The position numbers were made by a program, and so were the translations under genes. Positions 1 through 11,912 of a stretch of DNA of 64,000 bases are shown here, one piece after another. How positions within the stretch are numbered: the first letter of the stretch is position 1; every line of letters starts with the position of its first letter. The DNA is taken from assembly GCA_051362555.1 (NCBI GenBank), contig CM120644.1, forward strand, positions 3,852,954 through 3,916,953. Direction: 5' to 3'. The stretch is from Lingula anatina. Taxonomy: Eukaryota > Animalia > Brachiopoda. The notes below the pieces were generated by a model. The model was not told the origin of the DNA, searched no databases, and was given only the letters and a program-made list of their open reading frames with translations.

Positions 1-1083
1 TTTGCAAATTTTCTGATCTTTATTTCTCAAAAAACTGGCAAAGATACACCCACAGTTACTACTGAACATTAATAGGAAGTCATATACTGGAAATCTAACT
101 GTGACCCTAAAATTAACCTTTGACCTTATTTTCATCATAAACTGATCTTTGCAAATTTTCTATCCCTTATATCCCTAACCTGGCAGAGATACACCCATAG
201 TTACTATTAAAGTTAAATAGGAGATCATATACTGGCATTTTAACTGTGACCTTAAAATTGGCTTCTGACCTACTTTTCCTCATAAACTGCACTTTGCAAA
301 TTTTCTGATCTTTATATCTCAAAAACTGGTAAAGATACACCCATAGTTACTATTGAACATGAATAGGAAGTCATATACTGGTAATCTTACTGTGACCCTG
401 AAATTAACCTTTGACTTAATTTTCACCATGAACTTATCTTTGCAAATATCCCTGATATCTCAAAAACTGGCAGAGATACACCCAAAGTTGCTGTTGAACT
501 TGAATAGGAAGTCCTACACTGGCTATCTAACTGTGGCCTTGAAATTGACCTTTGAACTACTTTTGATGATAAACTCTTTTTTGCATGTTTTCTGACCTTT
601 AAATCTCCTAAATTGGCAAAGAAATGCCCAGGGTTACTATTGAACTTGAATAGGAAGTCGTATACTGTGACATTGAAATTGACCTGTGACCTAATTTTCA
701 CCATGAATTGAGCTTTGCATATTTTCTTGACTCCATATCTTCGAAACTAGCAACCCAGTGTTGCCTCTAGGTTTTTTCTTTTGTCAGCATATATGCAACA
801 CTGACAACACATTTCAAGGAAAACCAATAGGTCTATTGTCTAGAGAATCACAGGAGTGATCAGTGTTAGGAAAATACAGATCAATTCGAAAATCTGCTTG
901 ATTGTATTATTTAATTATATTTTTTTACATATTTTGATAATTTTTTGATTGCATTTTATAGAGCTTGTCAAGCACAAGACTAGTGGTGGTGTCCCTTTTT
1001 AGGGGGGTTTTCCATTCGAATGCGCTTACTCCAGCTGGTGGTACAATATCCGGAGGCAGTATCGCCTCTCTGACCCTCTAGTT
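1..1083. mobile_element. Non-autonomous Helentron/HINE-like element (3' part; 5' end outside window) with internal ~115-bp tandem repeats
   Basis: Repeated AATAGGAAGTCATATACTGG...TGACCTT units; sub-terminal GCTGGTGGTACA (1034-1045), hairpin GAGGC-N-GCCTC, then CTAGTT (1078-1083). The same end recurs at 3094-3143. Confidence 0.65.
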
Positions 1084-1131
1084 AAGATATTATTCATTTA
1101 TTTATTTGTTTGTTTGTTTACCTATTTATAG

Positions 1132-1233
1132 GACAACATGATAACCGAAGAAGTCAACCTGGATCATCGCTTGCATTCTCGGATCATAGAACAGAAGGGA
1201 CGTCAGGTCCGCAAGATCATGGATGACTACAAG
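1132..1233 (+). pseudogene. Orphan exon resembling a late KH domain of vigilin (HDLBP)
   Basis: Flanked by AG (1130-1131) and GTGAG (1234-). The 102-nt phase-0 exon translates to DNMITEEVNLDHRLHSRIIEQKGRQVRKIMDDYK, resembling vigilin ...VSEDVPLDHRVHARIIGARGKAIRKIMDEFK (from memory). The KH GxxG loop reads EQKG. No other vigilin exon seen. Confidence 0.65.
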
Positions 1234-1392
1234 GTGAGAGAACGTAGGAGATAGGGTAGTTTACCTTGTTCTTCACTTTGTTTAATTTTTTTTTTTTTTT
1301 TTTTTTTGATAAAGGTTGTTATGTTTGTTCTGTCAGTATTTCAGTATAAATATCAGAAAAGTCAGTTTCTCTCAAGATTTCATGCAGATGGG

Positions 1393-3143
1393 TTTTAGCT
1401 GTACCACCAGCGTTGGCGCTGGCAGTACACATGGTTTTAGTCCCGTCCGGTCCGTTCCGCCAGCTACGCCGCCATGTTACCGTTACCGCTTCTCCTCCTA
1501 GACTACAAGGGCCTGCATACCCATCTGTTGGATTTAGGTCACCTATAATCTCAACTCGCTCCACGTAAAATTTGGGCTTCGTTGGTGCTGGGGTCTAGGT
1601 GTGGCGCTCATTGCAATGCACCCTTGTCCAAAATTGGCCAAATTAAATGCGTATTATCTACCATACCGAAGGAATTATGGGAACAATTTCTATAGACGGC
1701 TGACCGAAAGTCATATGTGGAGATTTCAAATATGCCCTTTTGACCTTTGAACTTTATTTCAAGGTCAAAAGGGCCAAAATTTTCAAAAAATGATTTTTTT
1801 ACGAAAAAAAACTATTTGCGCTAATATTCAGAAACTACACTGACCTAACCTATAATATTATTGTCAGATGTTACCCTTTAGATCATCTTTCATCTCCGTG
1901 AGTTTGGGGTCAATCGGTGCATTTTCACGGGAGTAGCGGCCATAAGATACCGAAACTGAAAACTGTCTCTAAATCGGGGAACCGTTAATGCTAGAGACTT
2001 TTCTTTTTTTGCATTTTGTAGAGCATGTCAAGCCCAACACTGGAAGTGGTCTCCGTTTTTTTTTTTATTTCCATACAGTTTTCGAGTTATGCTGTATCTA
2101 AAAGTACATTGTGGTGGTGAAAGCAAAATGTGCAATACAGTTATAATACATTTTTGACCTCTGGAAAATAAAACAGAAGGCTTGGCAAGGCAGACAACTT
2201 CTGGTCAAAAATGACATTATTTCATGAAATTTGAACATCTGGAACTTCTGGGCACCTCCCATTGCAAGAATTTTATAGTTACTTTTAAACTTGTATAGGA
2301 AGTTATATACTGGCAATCTAAGTGTGACCTTTAAATTGACCTTTGACCTACTTTTCATTGTGAACTGAACTTTGCAACTTTTTTTGGTCCCTTATATCTC
2401 CAAAACTGGCAAAGATACGCCCATAGTTACTATTAAACTTGAATAGGAAGTCATATACTGGCAATCTAATTGTGACCTTAAAATTGTCTTTTGACCTACT
2501 TTTTACCATAAACTGAACTTTGTGACTTTTTTAATGTTTATACTTTCAAAATTGGCAAAGATATACCCAAAGTTACTTTTGAATTTGAATAGGAAGTCAT
2601 TAGAGGTTATTTTACTGTGACCTACTTTTTATCATGAACAGCTTTTTTACATGATTTCTGGCCCTAAAATCTCCAAAATTGGCAAAGAAATGCCCAGGGT
2701 TACTATTGAACTTGAATAGGAAGTCATATACTGTGACATTGGAATTAACCTTTGACCTACTTTTTCACCATGAACTGAGCTTTGCATATATTCTTGCCCT
2801 TCATATCTTCAAAACTAGCAGAGATATGCCCAGTGTTTCCCCTAGGTTTTTTCTTTTGTCAGCATATATGCAACACTGACAACACATTTCAAGGAAAACC
2901 AATAGGCCTATTGTATAGAGAATCACAGGAGTGATCAATGTTAGAAAAATACAGGTCAATTTGAAAATCTGCTTGATTGTGCCATTTTTAGTTAAATTTT
3001 TTCCATATTTTGAGAACTCTTGTTGATTGCATTTTACAGAGCTAGTCAAGCACAAGACTGGTGGTGGTTTTCCATACGAATGCGCTTACTCCAGCTGGTG
3101 GTACAAAAACTGGAGGAGGTATCGCCTCTCTGATCCTCTAGTT
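1393..3143. mobile_element. Complete non-autonomous Helentron/HINE (DINE-1-like) element
   Basis: T-run start; sub-TIR TGTACCACCAGC (1400-1411) with nearby inverted copy GCTGGCAGTACA (1418-1429); GTCC-type microsatellite (~1440-1458); ~115-bp core tandem repeats (~2280-2800); 3' sub-TIR GCTGGTGGTACA (3094-3105), hairpin and CTAGTT end. Confidence 0.7.
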
Positions 3144-3359
3144 ACAATTGCTATAAAAAACAACTGGCCGTTCCCCTGCAAATTACTTGACCAATTAACA
3201 TGTTCTTTATGCTGTTATCAAGACCCAAGCAGAGACCCATTTGGGATATATATAGTGGCAGTTTATATTCCAACACGTAATAGATCTGAATAGTTAAATG
3301 TCACAAGATCGAACTAAAATAGTACGGATGGGATAATTTCGCCTTTCTATTTCCTTTAG

Positions 3360-4618
3360 GTACCGCAATACAGCAAAAGCAATGTTGTTCAAGCGACCAA
3401 AGGTAGCCTATATCAAATACTTTTAACAAACTGGATTTCAATGAGTATAAATTTGCCTCATGTTAATGAAGTAAACAAGTCGCGGAACATTCTCATATTA
3501 AAGAATCAACTTACACTGCCGTCAGAACACAATGGAATTCATACAAGGTTTTATCAATGTTCATTTTGATGTATTAGATTGCAAAGAAAATGACAATAAA
3601 ATAATTAAGAGATATCGGTAAATCGAATAATATCCCTTGAATAATATCCCTTAAGTACCAAAATACATATTAATTCTTCAAAGCATAGAACATATCATAA
3701 ACATTCAGTTACTTCGTTAATGTTTCAGGGAACAAGATGGGTTACATAACAGCTGATACAGAAAGCGTCCCTTCCTTCCCACCCTGCGGCCAAGTTTGCA
3801 ATTTCTCCATGCATAAGAAAAAAGAAGACCTCTTTCTTAGAAAAGACTTCAACTGTAAGAATATATTTCTCAGATTAAAGAATCCGCCCGGGAAAGTTTA
3901 CATACCGCCCCTGAAAGAGCCGCCTCCAGAGCTACTTCTGGATTTCACACAGAATGGCAGTTTGGTGTTGAGTCCTAAGTACTTAGATGGCACACGTAAG
4001 GGTCGAAAGGTGCATCGTAAATTGGAAGAAATAAAAACTCTCCTGGACGATGATAAAGTGAAAAACATCGCCAAATATGACCTACAGGGCGTTGGCTACA
4101 AGCAGGTTCTCTCCAAATACCAAGGTCAGCTGAAAGGCAAGTCGGGAATGGTTATTGGAAGTATAAGTCCTTGGGTTGAAGTCATTTTATTAAACCTTGG
4201 TGTAAAACACGTGACAACTGTTGATTACAACCCTGTTTTCTTCGACCACCCACAGCTGTCTTTCGAGTTTATGTCAGATATAGCCGATAAAATCACCAAA
4301 AACCAATCGCTCCTAATGGATTTTGCTGCTTCGTTTTCTTCTTTGGAACACTCTGGCCTTGGTCGCTATGGAGACCCCATCAATCCACACGGTGACCTGG
4401 AGGCAGCAGCTCAAATATGGTGCATGCTTAAGCCTGGTGCTTTGTTTTATCTAGGAATACCAGTCAACTTTGGCACTCCGGAGGGCTGGTTGGTATTTAA
4501 TGCGCATCGTATATATGGCGAAGCTCGGATTGAACAGATCACTGCAAATTATGAGATACTCGAACGCACGCCGGTTGGTAGATTGCATGGTGTCTTTGTC
4601 TTAAGAAAAGTGCTTTAA
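3360..4618 (+). CDS. DUF268-family methyltransferase-like protein, copy 1 (exons 3360-3402, 3729-4618; signal-anchor exon not found in window)
   Basis: DFAASFSSLEHSGLGRYGDPINPxGDL...LKPG...FNAHRIYG signature of DUF268. The 43-nt micro-exon splices in frame (AG/GT) to the large open exon. Confidence 0.8.
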
Positions 4619-6460
4619 TAAAGATGAACAAAATTACAAGAAATACGTGACTTTACAGATCGCATTCTGATGCTGATTCTATAAATTAAAAGACATTCTT
4701 TGTCGTTTCTTTTTATATGTGGCATTTTTTTAAATTTTTTTGAAATCATTGTGGAAAAGCATATTTGAGGGGATCCATGTTCTTAATTTGAATAAAGGGT
4801 ATAAATACGGATATCTCCACCGGTATTTTGACTTATAGGCTTTCTCTACAGGTTTATTTGTTACTTACAAAATAAATTTTCGATGAAGTAAGTTCATAAA
4901 AACTTTAGGTCTTTCACTGACATTGATTTATTATGAAAATATAAAAGTCCTGACTCAAGCGCTTCTCAATTTACCTGTAGCCCACATTTTAATGACTGTG
5001 TTTTATCCAAACGATTTTTATTTTGCAAAATATGCATATATTTTTTTCTTTTGCATCAACTCTCAGTTATCAATACGATTTTAACTAACCAATATAACAT
5101 AGAACCAATTATCTACAGTTCCTTATTTTTTTGCTCTTTAATCTTTCTGTCATATATTTTGTAATGTGTCCATCGAAATGGGGGTCTTGCATGCTGTACA
5201 CGTAATATACCGAAAAGTTAGGCAACCTTCCTCTACTCATACTCATGTACTTTCACTGGGAACAGTTGTGTTAGCTGTACCGTGACCCTATTTTAGCAGA
5301 GGTCTTTAGTTACACCTGCAGCATTCCTCTTTATCCGTTTAAATTGCAAATGAATTTCAGTTTTTAGGAATGGCATGGTGTTTGCAGGGATTGTTTGCTT
5401 AACCAACTTACGTGGTTGTTTGAGTATCATCACCATATATATATATATATATATATATATAAGATCATTACAGTTAAATAAGAATTGGAATAGAGGATCT
5501 AACTCGGGTATAATCTTTTGCGAAATTTGAACTCAGGTTCTTTTGGAGGTGATCTTCCAGTGATTCTCTATATTAAAGATGATGTGAAATAAAGAAAAGT
5601 GTGAAAAGGCTCTCTTTGTGTTTTTGATATCAATATTTCCTCATTTATTTATTTATTGTTGTATTTAAACAATTGACTATGATTTAGAAAACCACTTCCA
5701 CACATGCGATATCCGCACCAGCAACCGCTTTAAATGTCGATTGTTCTAAGGTTTCTTCAGTTTAGGTGATAAATTAGGAGAATAGAATGCCACTTTATCA
5801 CAACAAATGAATATGCCTGAAAAAATGAAGGTAAACTATTCTAAGTGTATTTAAGGAGGCAGTGCCAGTAAATGTGGATAGTTAGCGAAGGTTTGACACT
5901 TCCTGCAGCAAACAAAAAATTAGTAAGCTTATGACATGTAAAAGGGTGTCCACTATCATTACACTGGCCACATTTATACAAAATACCTCTAGTACAAAAT
6001 GGCTTCTCTGAACTTAAACCAGGCGCCATCAACTTTATTAACACATGTTGTAATTGAATGTTTTCTATCGTGATTTAATGTCACATTCTTATATAATTTA
6101 TATTCATACGTGCATTTTCACCAGTTGGAGCATTAGATAAATAAACAATTTATTGTAAGGTGCTTATTATACAGATGGTTCATATTACGTTTAATTATTT
6201 CGATGATGTAACCGAAATCAATCGAAGCGACGCGGAGTTGCTGTAACAATCTGACAAGCTTAGGTAAGGTTTTAAGCAAATATATCTCAACTGTTATCGT
6301 TTTAAGTTAATGACAGTATGATATGTGCAGGTAGGGTTTTAACAGGTGGTAGGGGATGTGAACAGAAGGTGGTACAGGGGGTAGGTCAGTGCTGAGATTA
6401 ATTTTCTAACATGTTAAGACAAGGAAGGCACTCAAAATAATGCGCACACGGAATAACTAC

Positions 6461-6875
6461 AGAGTTGACCATTTTAGTTTCAAAGGTATGTGTAGGGACA
6501 AAATGTTTGGTTAATTTCTTAAACGTGTATTTCATGTAAATTATGAGAATAGACAAATATGTAGTCGGGTGTGACAGTAACAATTAACTGACTGTTAAAT
6601 TCTGAAGTACTGCTGCATTTCGTAATGCGTGATGATTTCTTTGGGTAGTACTTTTTGGGCTGGTTCAAGTATGGCTATGGCCGAACATAGTTTAGTCAAA
6701 AAGTCGGCAACGCGTGCTACAGTATTAATTGTTGCTCAGCGCCAGAATGACAACATACAGACAGGCATTGCCAAAACAGATCGTTGTGTCCAAGGAACGG
6801 TTCGCGCAGTCATACAGAAGTATGTCCAGACTGGTGTACCTACACAGAGGCCAAGCCCAAGGTATCCAGAACGTA
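6461..6875 (+). mobile_element. Degenerate Tc1/mariner 5' fragment (HTH region); paralogue ~26464-26875
   Basis: TA-CAGAGTTGAC start similar to the other Tc1 termini in the window. Translation IAKTDRCVQGTVRAVIQKYVQTG...RPSPRYPER resembles a Tc1 N-terminus. Confidence 0.5.
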
Positions 6876-6879
6876 TTTA

Positions 6880-7285
6880 TTTCCAAGTCACCCAGGCTCT
6901 GTACGAAAACTCAAGCAGTGCAGTGCTCCGGAACAGCAATCTGGGGGATTGTTTTTCAGACTACCATCGGTGTCAGGCAGGGCTGCACACTCTCTCTGAT
7001 CCTTTTATTATCTTTTTTGAAAGGACCATGCAGACCACACTTGATATAACCACCACAGTTCCATTTCTATTGGTAGCAGACCAGTGTGCAATCTCCGCTC
7101 TGCAGGTAACATAGATCTCAAGGCAGACAGCAATGCAGAGTTGCAAACTCTGAGAAACAGACTGGTTTGGGAATGTCACTCGAAGTGATGCAAAACCATC
7201 ACGCAAGGTGCCGTCGGAGGACGAAAACGTGGACGACAACCCAAAAGCTGGTTTGACATTGTAAAGGAGTGGACAGGAAAAAAGT
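6880..7285 (+). mobile_element. Degenerate RTE-clade LINE reverse-transcriptase fragment; shorter paralogue ~26880-27015
   Basis: Frameshifted pieces QALYENSSSAVL..., FQTTIGVRQGCTLS and WFG...VKEWTG typical of RTE ORFs. Confidence 0.7.
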
Positions 7286-7604
7286 GACAATTCATAATCA
7301 CATCCATACCCAAATAAACCCTGATGAGGCCCGGTAGGGTTGTCAATCCCACGTGTGTGTGTGTGTGTGTGTGTGCACGTACAGAACTTGTGTCAGGCCC
7401 TATCTCAGGTCATTTTTCTTAATTCAGGTGAATTCTGGAGGAATCTTGAACCAAAAATTGACCATATTTTCGTGAACAATGATCCATTTATCGTAGGAAA
7501 CCGAATTCAGGAATATGTTTGTATATGGATGCTTGCTACCTGTTCATTTATGTATTCATTTGCTTTAAATTTGTAGGCTATTTGCAGCAGACCAACATTT
7601 GAAC

Positions 7605-9423
7605 ATGGGACGAACATTAGGAAGAAACCTGTTTACAATCCTAACAATCAGTGTAATCATACTACTGCTGATTGTGAACTACGATTTGAAGCAAAAATGC
7701 ACGGCGTCAGTGGAGAAACAGCAGGTAGGCCTACTTTGTTTATAATGCTGAAAACATGAAGTTATATTTCCTTCTTTGACTTTTCGAATGATATATCTTA
7801 ATGCTATATTTCATTAGAACTTTTGCTTTGGTTTCAAGATTAAATCAGGCTTTTAAAGCTTTACATTTTTCGAAGGGACGCACGAAGCAATAAAGAGGTG
7901 TCATTACATAACCGTAGAATTAAAGAAGTACAGAAATGATATAAAAAAGACGATAAAATGCATGATTTGGTTTGATTGTTGTTCTTCAAATATACCAATC
8001 TAGAGATGTTATGTGACCGTATATATATATCAGAACAACTAAAGTTTCAGCGTATATATATGGTAATTTACAGGTGAACTGCTCGTTTATTTGTATGGCA
8101 TGTGTAATTATGCTGGAAACATTGAACTAACATAGTACGGATGGGACACTTTTGCCTTTCTATTTCCTTTAGGTACCGCAAAACAGCAAAAGCAATGATG
8201 TTCAATTGACCAAAGGTAGCCTACATCAAATATTTTTTTGTAACAAATTGGATTTGTCTCATGTTAATGAAGTAAACAAGTCGCGGAACATTCTCATATT
8301 AATCATCAACTTACATGTTCATATGCACTGCCGTCAGAACACAATGAAATTCATACAAGGTTTTAATGATGTTCTTTTTGATGTATTAGAGTGAAAAGAA
8401 AATGTTAATAAAATAATTAAGTTAAGAGATATAGGTAAATCGAAGAATATGCATCGAGTATCAAAGTGCGCATTAATTCTTCACAGCATAGAACATATGA
8501 TACACACTGTAACTTTGTTACTGTTTTTTTTAGCAGGGAACAAGATGGGTTACATAAGAGCTGATACAGAAAGCGTCCATTCCTTCCCACCCTGCGGCCA
8601 AGTTTGCAATTTCTCCATGCATAAGAAAAAAGAAGACCTCTTTCTAAGAAAAGACTTTAACTGTAAGAATATATTTCTCAGATTAAAGAACCCGCCCGGG
8701 AAAGTTTTCAAACCGCCCCTGAAAGAGCCGCCTCCAGAGCTACTTCTGGATTTCACTCAGAATGGCAGTTTGGTGTTGAGTCCTAAGTACATAGATGGCA
8801 CACGCAAGGGTCGAACAGTAGAGTTCAAATCGGACCGAATCAAAGAACTCCTAGCTGATGATAAAGTGAAAATCATTGGCAAATATGGCCTACGGGGCGC
8901 TGTCTACAAGAAGGTCCTCTCCAAATACCAAGATCAACTGAAAGGCAAGTCAGGAATGGTTATTGGAAGTAAAAGTCCTTGGGTTGAAGTCATTTTATTA
9001 AATCTTGGTGTAAAACACGTGACAACTGTTGATTACAACCCTGTTTTCTTCGACCACCCACAGCTGTCTTTTGAGTTTATGTCAGATTTAGCGGATAGAA
9101 TCACCAAGGGCCAATCGCTCCAAATGGATTTTGCTGCTTCCTTTTCCTCTTTGGAACACTCTGGCCTTGGTCGCTATGGAGACCCCATCAATCCACACGG
9201 TGACCTGGAAGCAGCAGCTCAAATATGGTGCATGCTGAAGCCTGGTGCTTTGTTTTATCTGGGTATACCAGTCAAGTTTGGCACTCCGGAGGGCTGGTTG
9301 CTATTTAACGCGCATCGCATATACGGCGAAGCTCGGATTGAACAGATCACTGCAAATTATGAGATACTCGAACGCACGCCGGATGGAGTGCATGGTATCT
9401 TAGTCTTAAGAAAAGTGCTTTGA
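7605..9423 (+). CDS. DUF268-family type II membrane methyltransferase-like protein, copy 2 (exons 7605-7724, 8173-8215, 8537-9423)
   Basis: Exon 1 MGRTLGRNLFTILTISVIILLLIVNY... (basic N-terminus plus hydrophobic anchor). Canonical GT/AG junctions in phase 0 and phase 1. Open catalytic exon with DUF268 motifs. Confidence 0.88.
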
Positions 9424-9678
9424 TAAAGATTAACAAAACAACAAATTTGCTTTCGTACAATGAACCTTTAAGTGGTCTTCCAACTACAGAAAACAACCGT
9501 CTTTTAGGTCATGAGCAGTATCATTGTGCAGTATTCTCTCCATTTCCGCGATGCGTTATTTTAAGATATCTTTATTCTCATAAAAGGTTAAATATAAGTT
9601 ATAATATAATTAAAGCGGCAGGTCGCCGAAGCATTATACGCTCACCTTAAAAATATAAAGTTATAAAATTAGATTTAA

Positions 9679-9716
<38 letters not shown>

Positions 9717-9989
9717 TTCAAAGAAAAGAAGAGTAACGAAGACATAAAGGACATTAAATTTTTGACATTTGAGGCGAATTAGGAACAGGGCATGAGGGGA
9801 AGGTGTTTGTGGGAGGCAATAGGCCATCAAGAAAGAGTGGATAGGCGCCTGGTCATAAGAGCGGAATTGGCCACTGGGAGGCGTCGTCATGGATGACTTC
9901 AGGCTTAATGGTGACAACGCACTTGCTAACAATTCTCGTCTGTTGATTCATTTTTGTACAAACACCGTGTTGAGAATGGATCAACCATC

Positions 9990-10190
9990 TCTGAACCTGG
10001 CTACTAACCCTACAGAGCACCTGAGGGATGTTTAGTTGGGCGCGATGCATAGACGAATGGACAACAATATACCTCTGCAGGTAGAATGGGACAATACTCC
10101 ACAAAACAGACCTGTGTCCCTTGTCGTAGGCATGCCACGCCGCCTACAGGAGATTACTGCAGTACACCGTAGATGCGCACCCATGACAGA
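9990..10190 (+). mobile_element. Tc1 transposase C-terminal relic (paralogues ~29490-29700, ~43330-43550)
   Basis: Degenerate NPxEHL...LQVEWDNTPQ...MPRRLQE motif. Confidence 0.55.
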
Positions 10191-11058
10191 TGCGTGGATT
10201 TCAAAGTGCTGATTGTGTATAAATTAAAAGACATTTCGTTTTTATCTGTGGCAATTTTTACTTTTACTTAAATCACTGTCGGGAAGCATATACATATGTG
10301 AGGGGATTCATGCTCTTAATTTGAATAAACGGTATAAATATGGATATCTTCACCGGTATTTTGCCTTATAGCCCTTATCGACAGGGTAAGTGACACGAAG
10401 TATGTTACTTACAAAATAGATTGATGAAGTGAACATAAAAAACAGTAGGTCTTACATTGAAACATTGGTTTACTATAGAAGTAAAAAGAAAATCCTAAGT
10501 GGACTACTTTTCAATTTACCCCACATTGTAATGACTTTTTCATCCAAGCAATTTTTATTTTACAAAATATGGCTTTATTCTTTAGCATCAACTCTCACTG
10601 CCATTAATACGTATTACATGACAAATATGACGTACAACCAATTATCTACATTTCCTAAATTTTCTCTTTAATCTTACTCTACTTTATCATGTAATGTGTC
10701 TATGGAAATGGGGTCTTGCATGCTGTCCCCGTAATGGACCGACAAGTAAGGCAACCTTACTCTACTAATGTTCACTGGGATCGGATGTTTTAGCTGTACA
10801 TTGGCCCTGCTGCATGCGCAATCACCAACTCAACCAATGTCATTCAATCAGTCAAACAAAAAGGATGGGTGAATTTGTGGGAATAAGATGAGCCCGCTGC
10901 CTTATAGTGTGATTTACAGTTGCTGTGAATTGGAATAGTCCTTGAAAGTGGCGGTGGCCTTAAAACGAAAAATTATACCATGTATATATTTACATCATCA
11001 GGTAAAGCCCAAATAAGACTGTGGCAGCAGCAAAGCCTCCCGTCTTATTTTTGTTCAC

Positions 11059-11912
11059 GGCCCCCCCCCCCCCCCCCCCCCATTTACACGGGCAGCGTCC
11101 TTTCTGAAGAATGCGACTTTTGAAGACTTTTGAAGACGGATTCAAACTTTCTATATTCTGTCAGTCGGCCTTTTTTTTGCCTCGGCGCCTGTCCAACATT
11201 CTTATAAGGACAATAATGATCATCGGGCTTATTATCAATTCATGCAAACCTTGCATTACTGTAGTTTAAAACAGAAGTTTGTCCCTAATTATACGTTTTG
11301 TTTTCTGGAAATGCTCTTAAAAGGGTGACCGGGTTATATATTGATGAAAAAATATTAAAGAGTCAAATTATATCGAGGGACGCCCTAAAAATGCCCATCG
11401 GTCTATCAGGAGGCAGAAAGATCGTAGAATGGTCGCCACTGATCGCCGATGAAGACATAGAGAACGCAACGAGACTGTTCAACGGTCGCTCATGCATCGC
11501 AATGGAGGCCGTGGGTTGAACAGGGGACGCACAGGGGCGGCTGGCAGGCAGGTCGCTCATCGGACGCACAGGTCGCTTGTAGGTTTACAGGTAAAATCAA
11601 GAGTAGGTCGTTCAAAGGCGCACAACGGACGCAGGCGCCTTTACACTGAGACACGATGTAATTGCTTTAGCGACCGTTGAGCATCGTGGCCACATTTTTG
11701 ATCTTGAAAGGGACGTAAAAGACGAAAAAGGCCACTGTCCAGTGTAAAGGGACCTTAAAATCTTAATTCGGTCGTTCAAAGGACGCATAAGAGACGCAGA
11801 AACCTTGACTCTGAGACACTATTTAATTGCTTTTGCAACAGTTGATCGTCCTGACCATATTTCTGATCTTAGAAGGGACGCAGACAGGACGCCGTTCAAT
11901 GTAAAGGGGGCG
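11059..11912. mobile_element. Non-autonomous TIR element, possibly PIF/Harbinger-like; paralogue ~30600-31650
   Basis: Left GGCCCC...CATTTACACGGGCAGCGTCC versus right GGACGCCGTTCAATGTAAAGGGGGC; a second terminus-like TGTAAAGGGACC near 11744; many GGACGC/GGTCGC motifs. Confidence 0.45.

Noticed and set aside
1-3143. Regularly spaced ~115-bp repeats as a CRISPR-like array, and ORFs 353-704 and 2098-3293
   Set aside because: Whole units are similar (no unique spacers), the context is eukaryotic, and the repeats lie inside HINE-like elements; the ORFs are by-products.
4616-4622. Stop codon overlapping AATAAA as the poly(A) signal
   Set aside because: Present only in copies 1, 3 and 5 (TGATAAA in 2, 4 and 6), and another AATAAA lies downstream in several copies; undecidable without 3' reads.
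8449-8536. N-terminal extensions of ORFs 8449 and 27970, and the exon-3 ATG as the true DUF268 start
   Set aside because: The extensions are intronic read-through. Conserved upstream exons splice in frame, and copy 6 has ATT at that Met.
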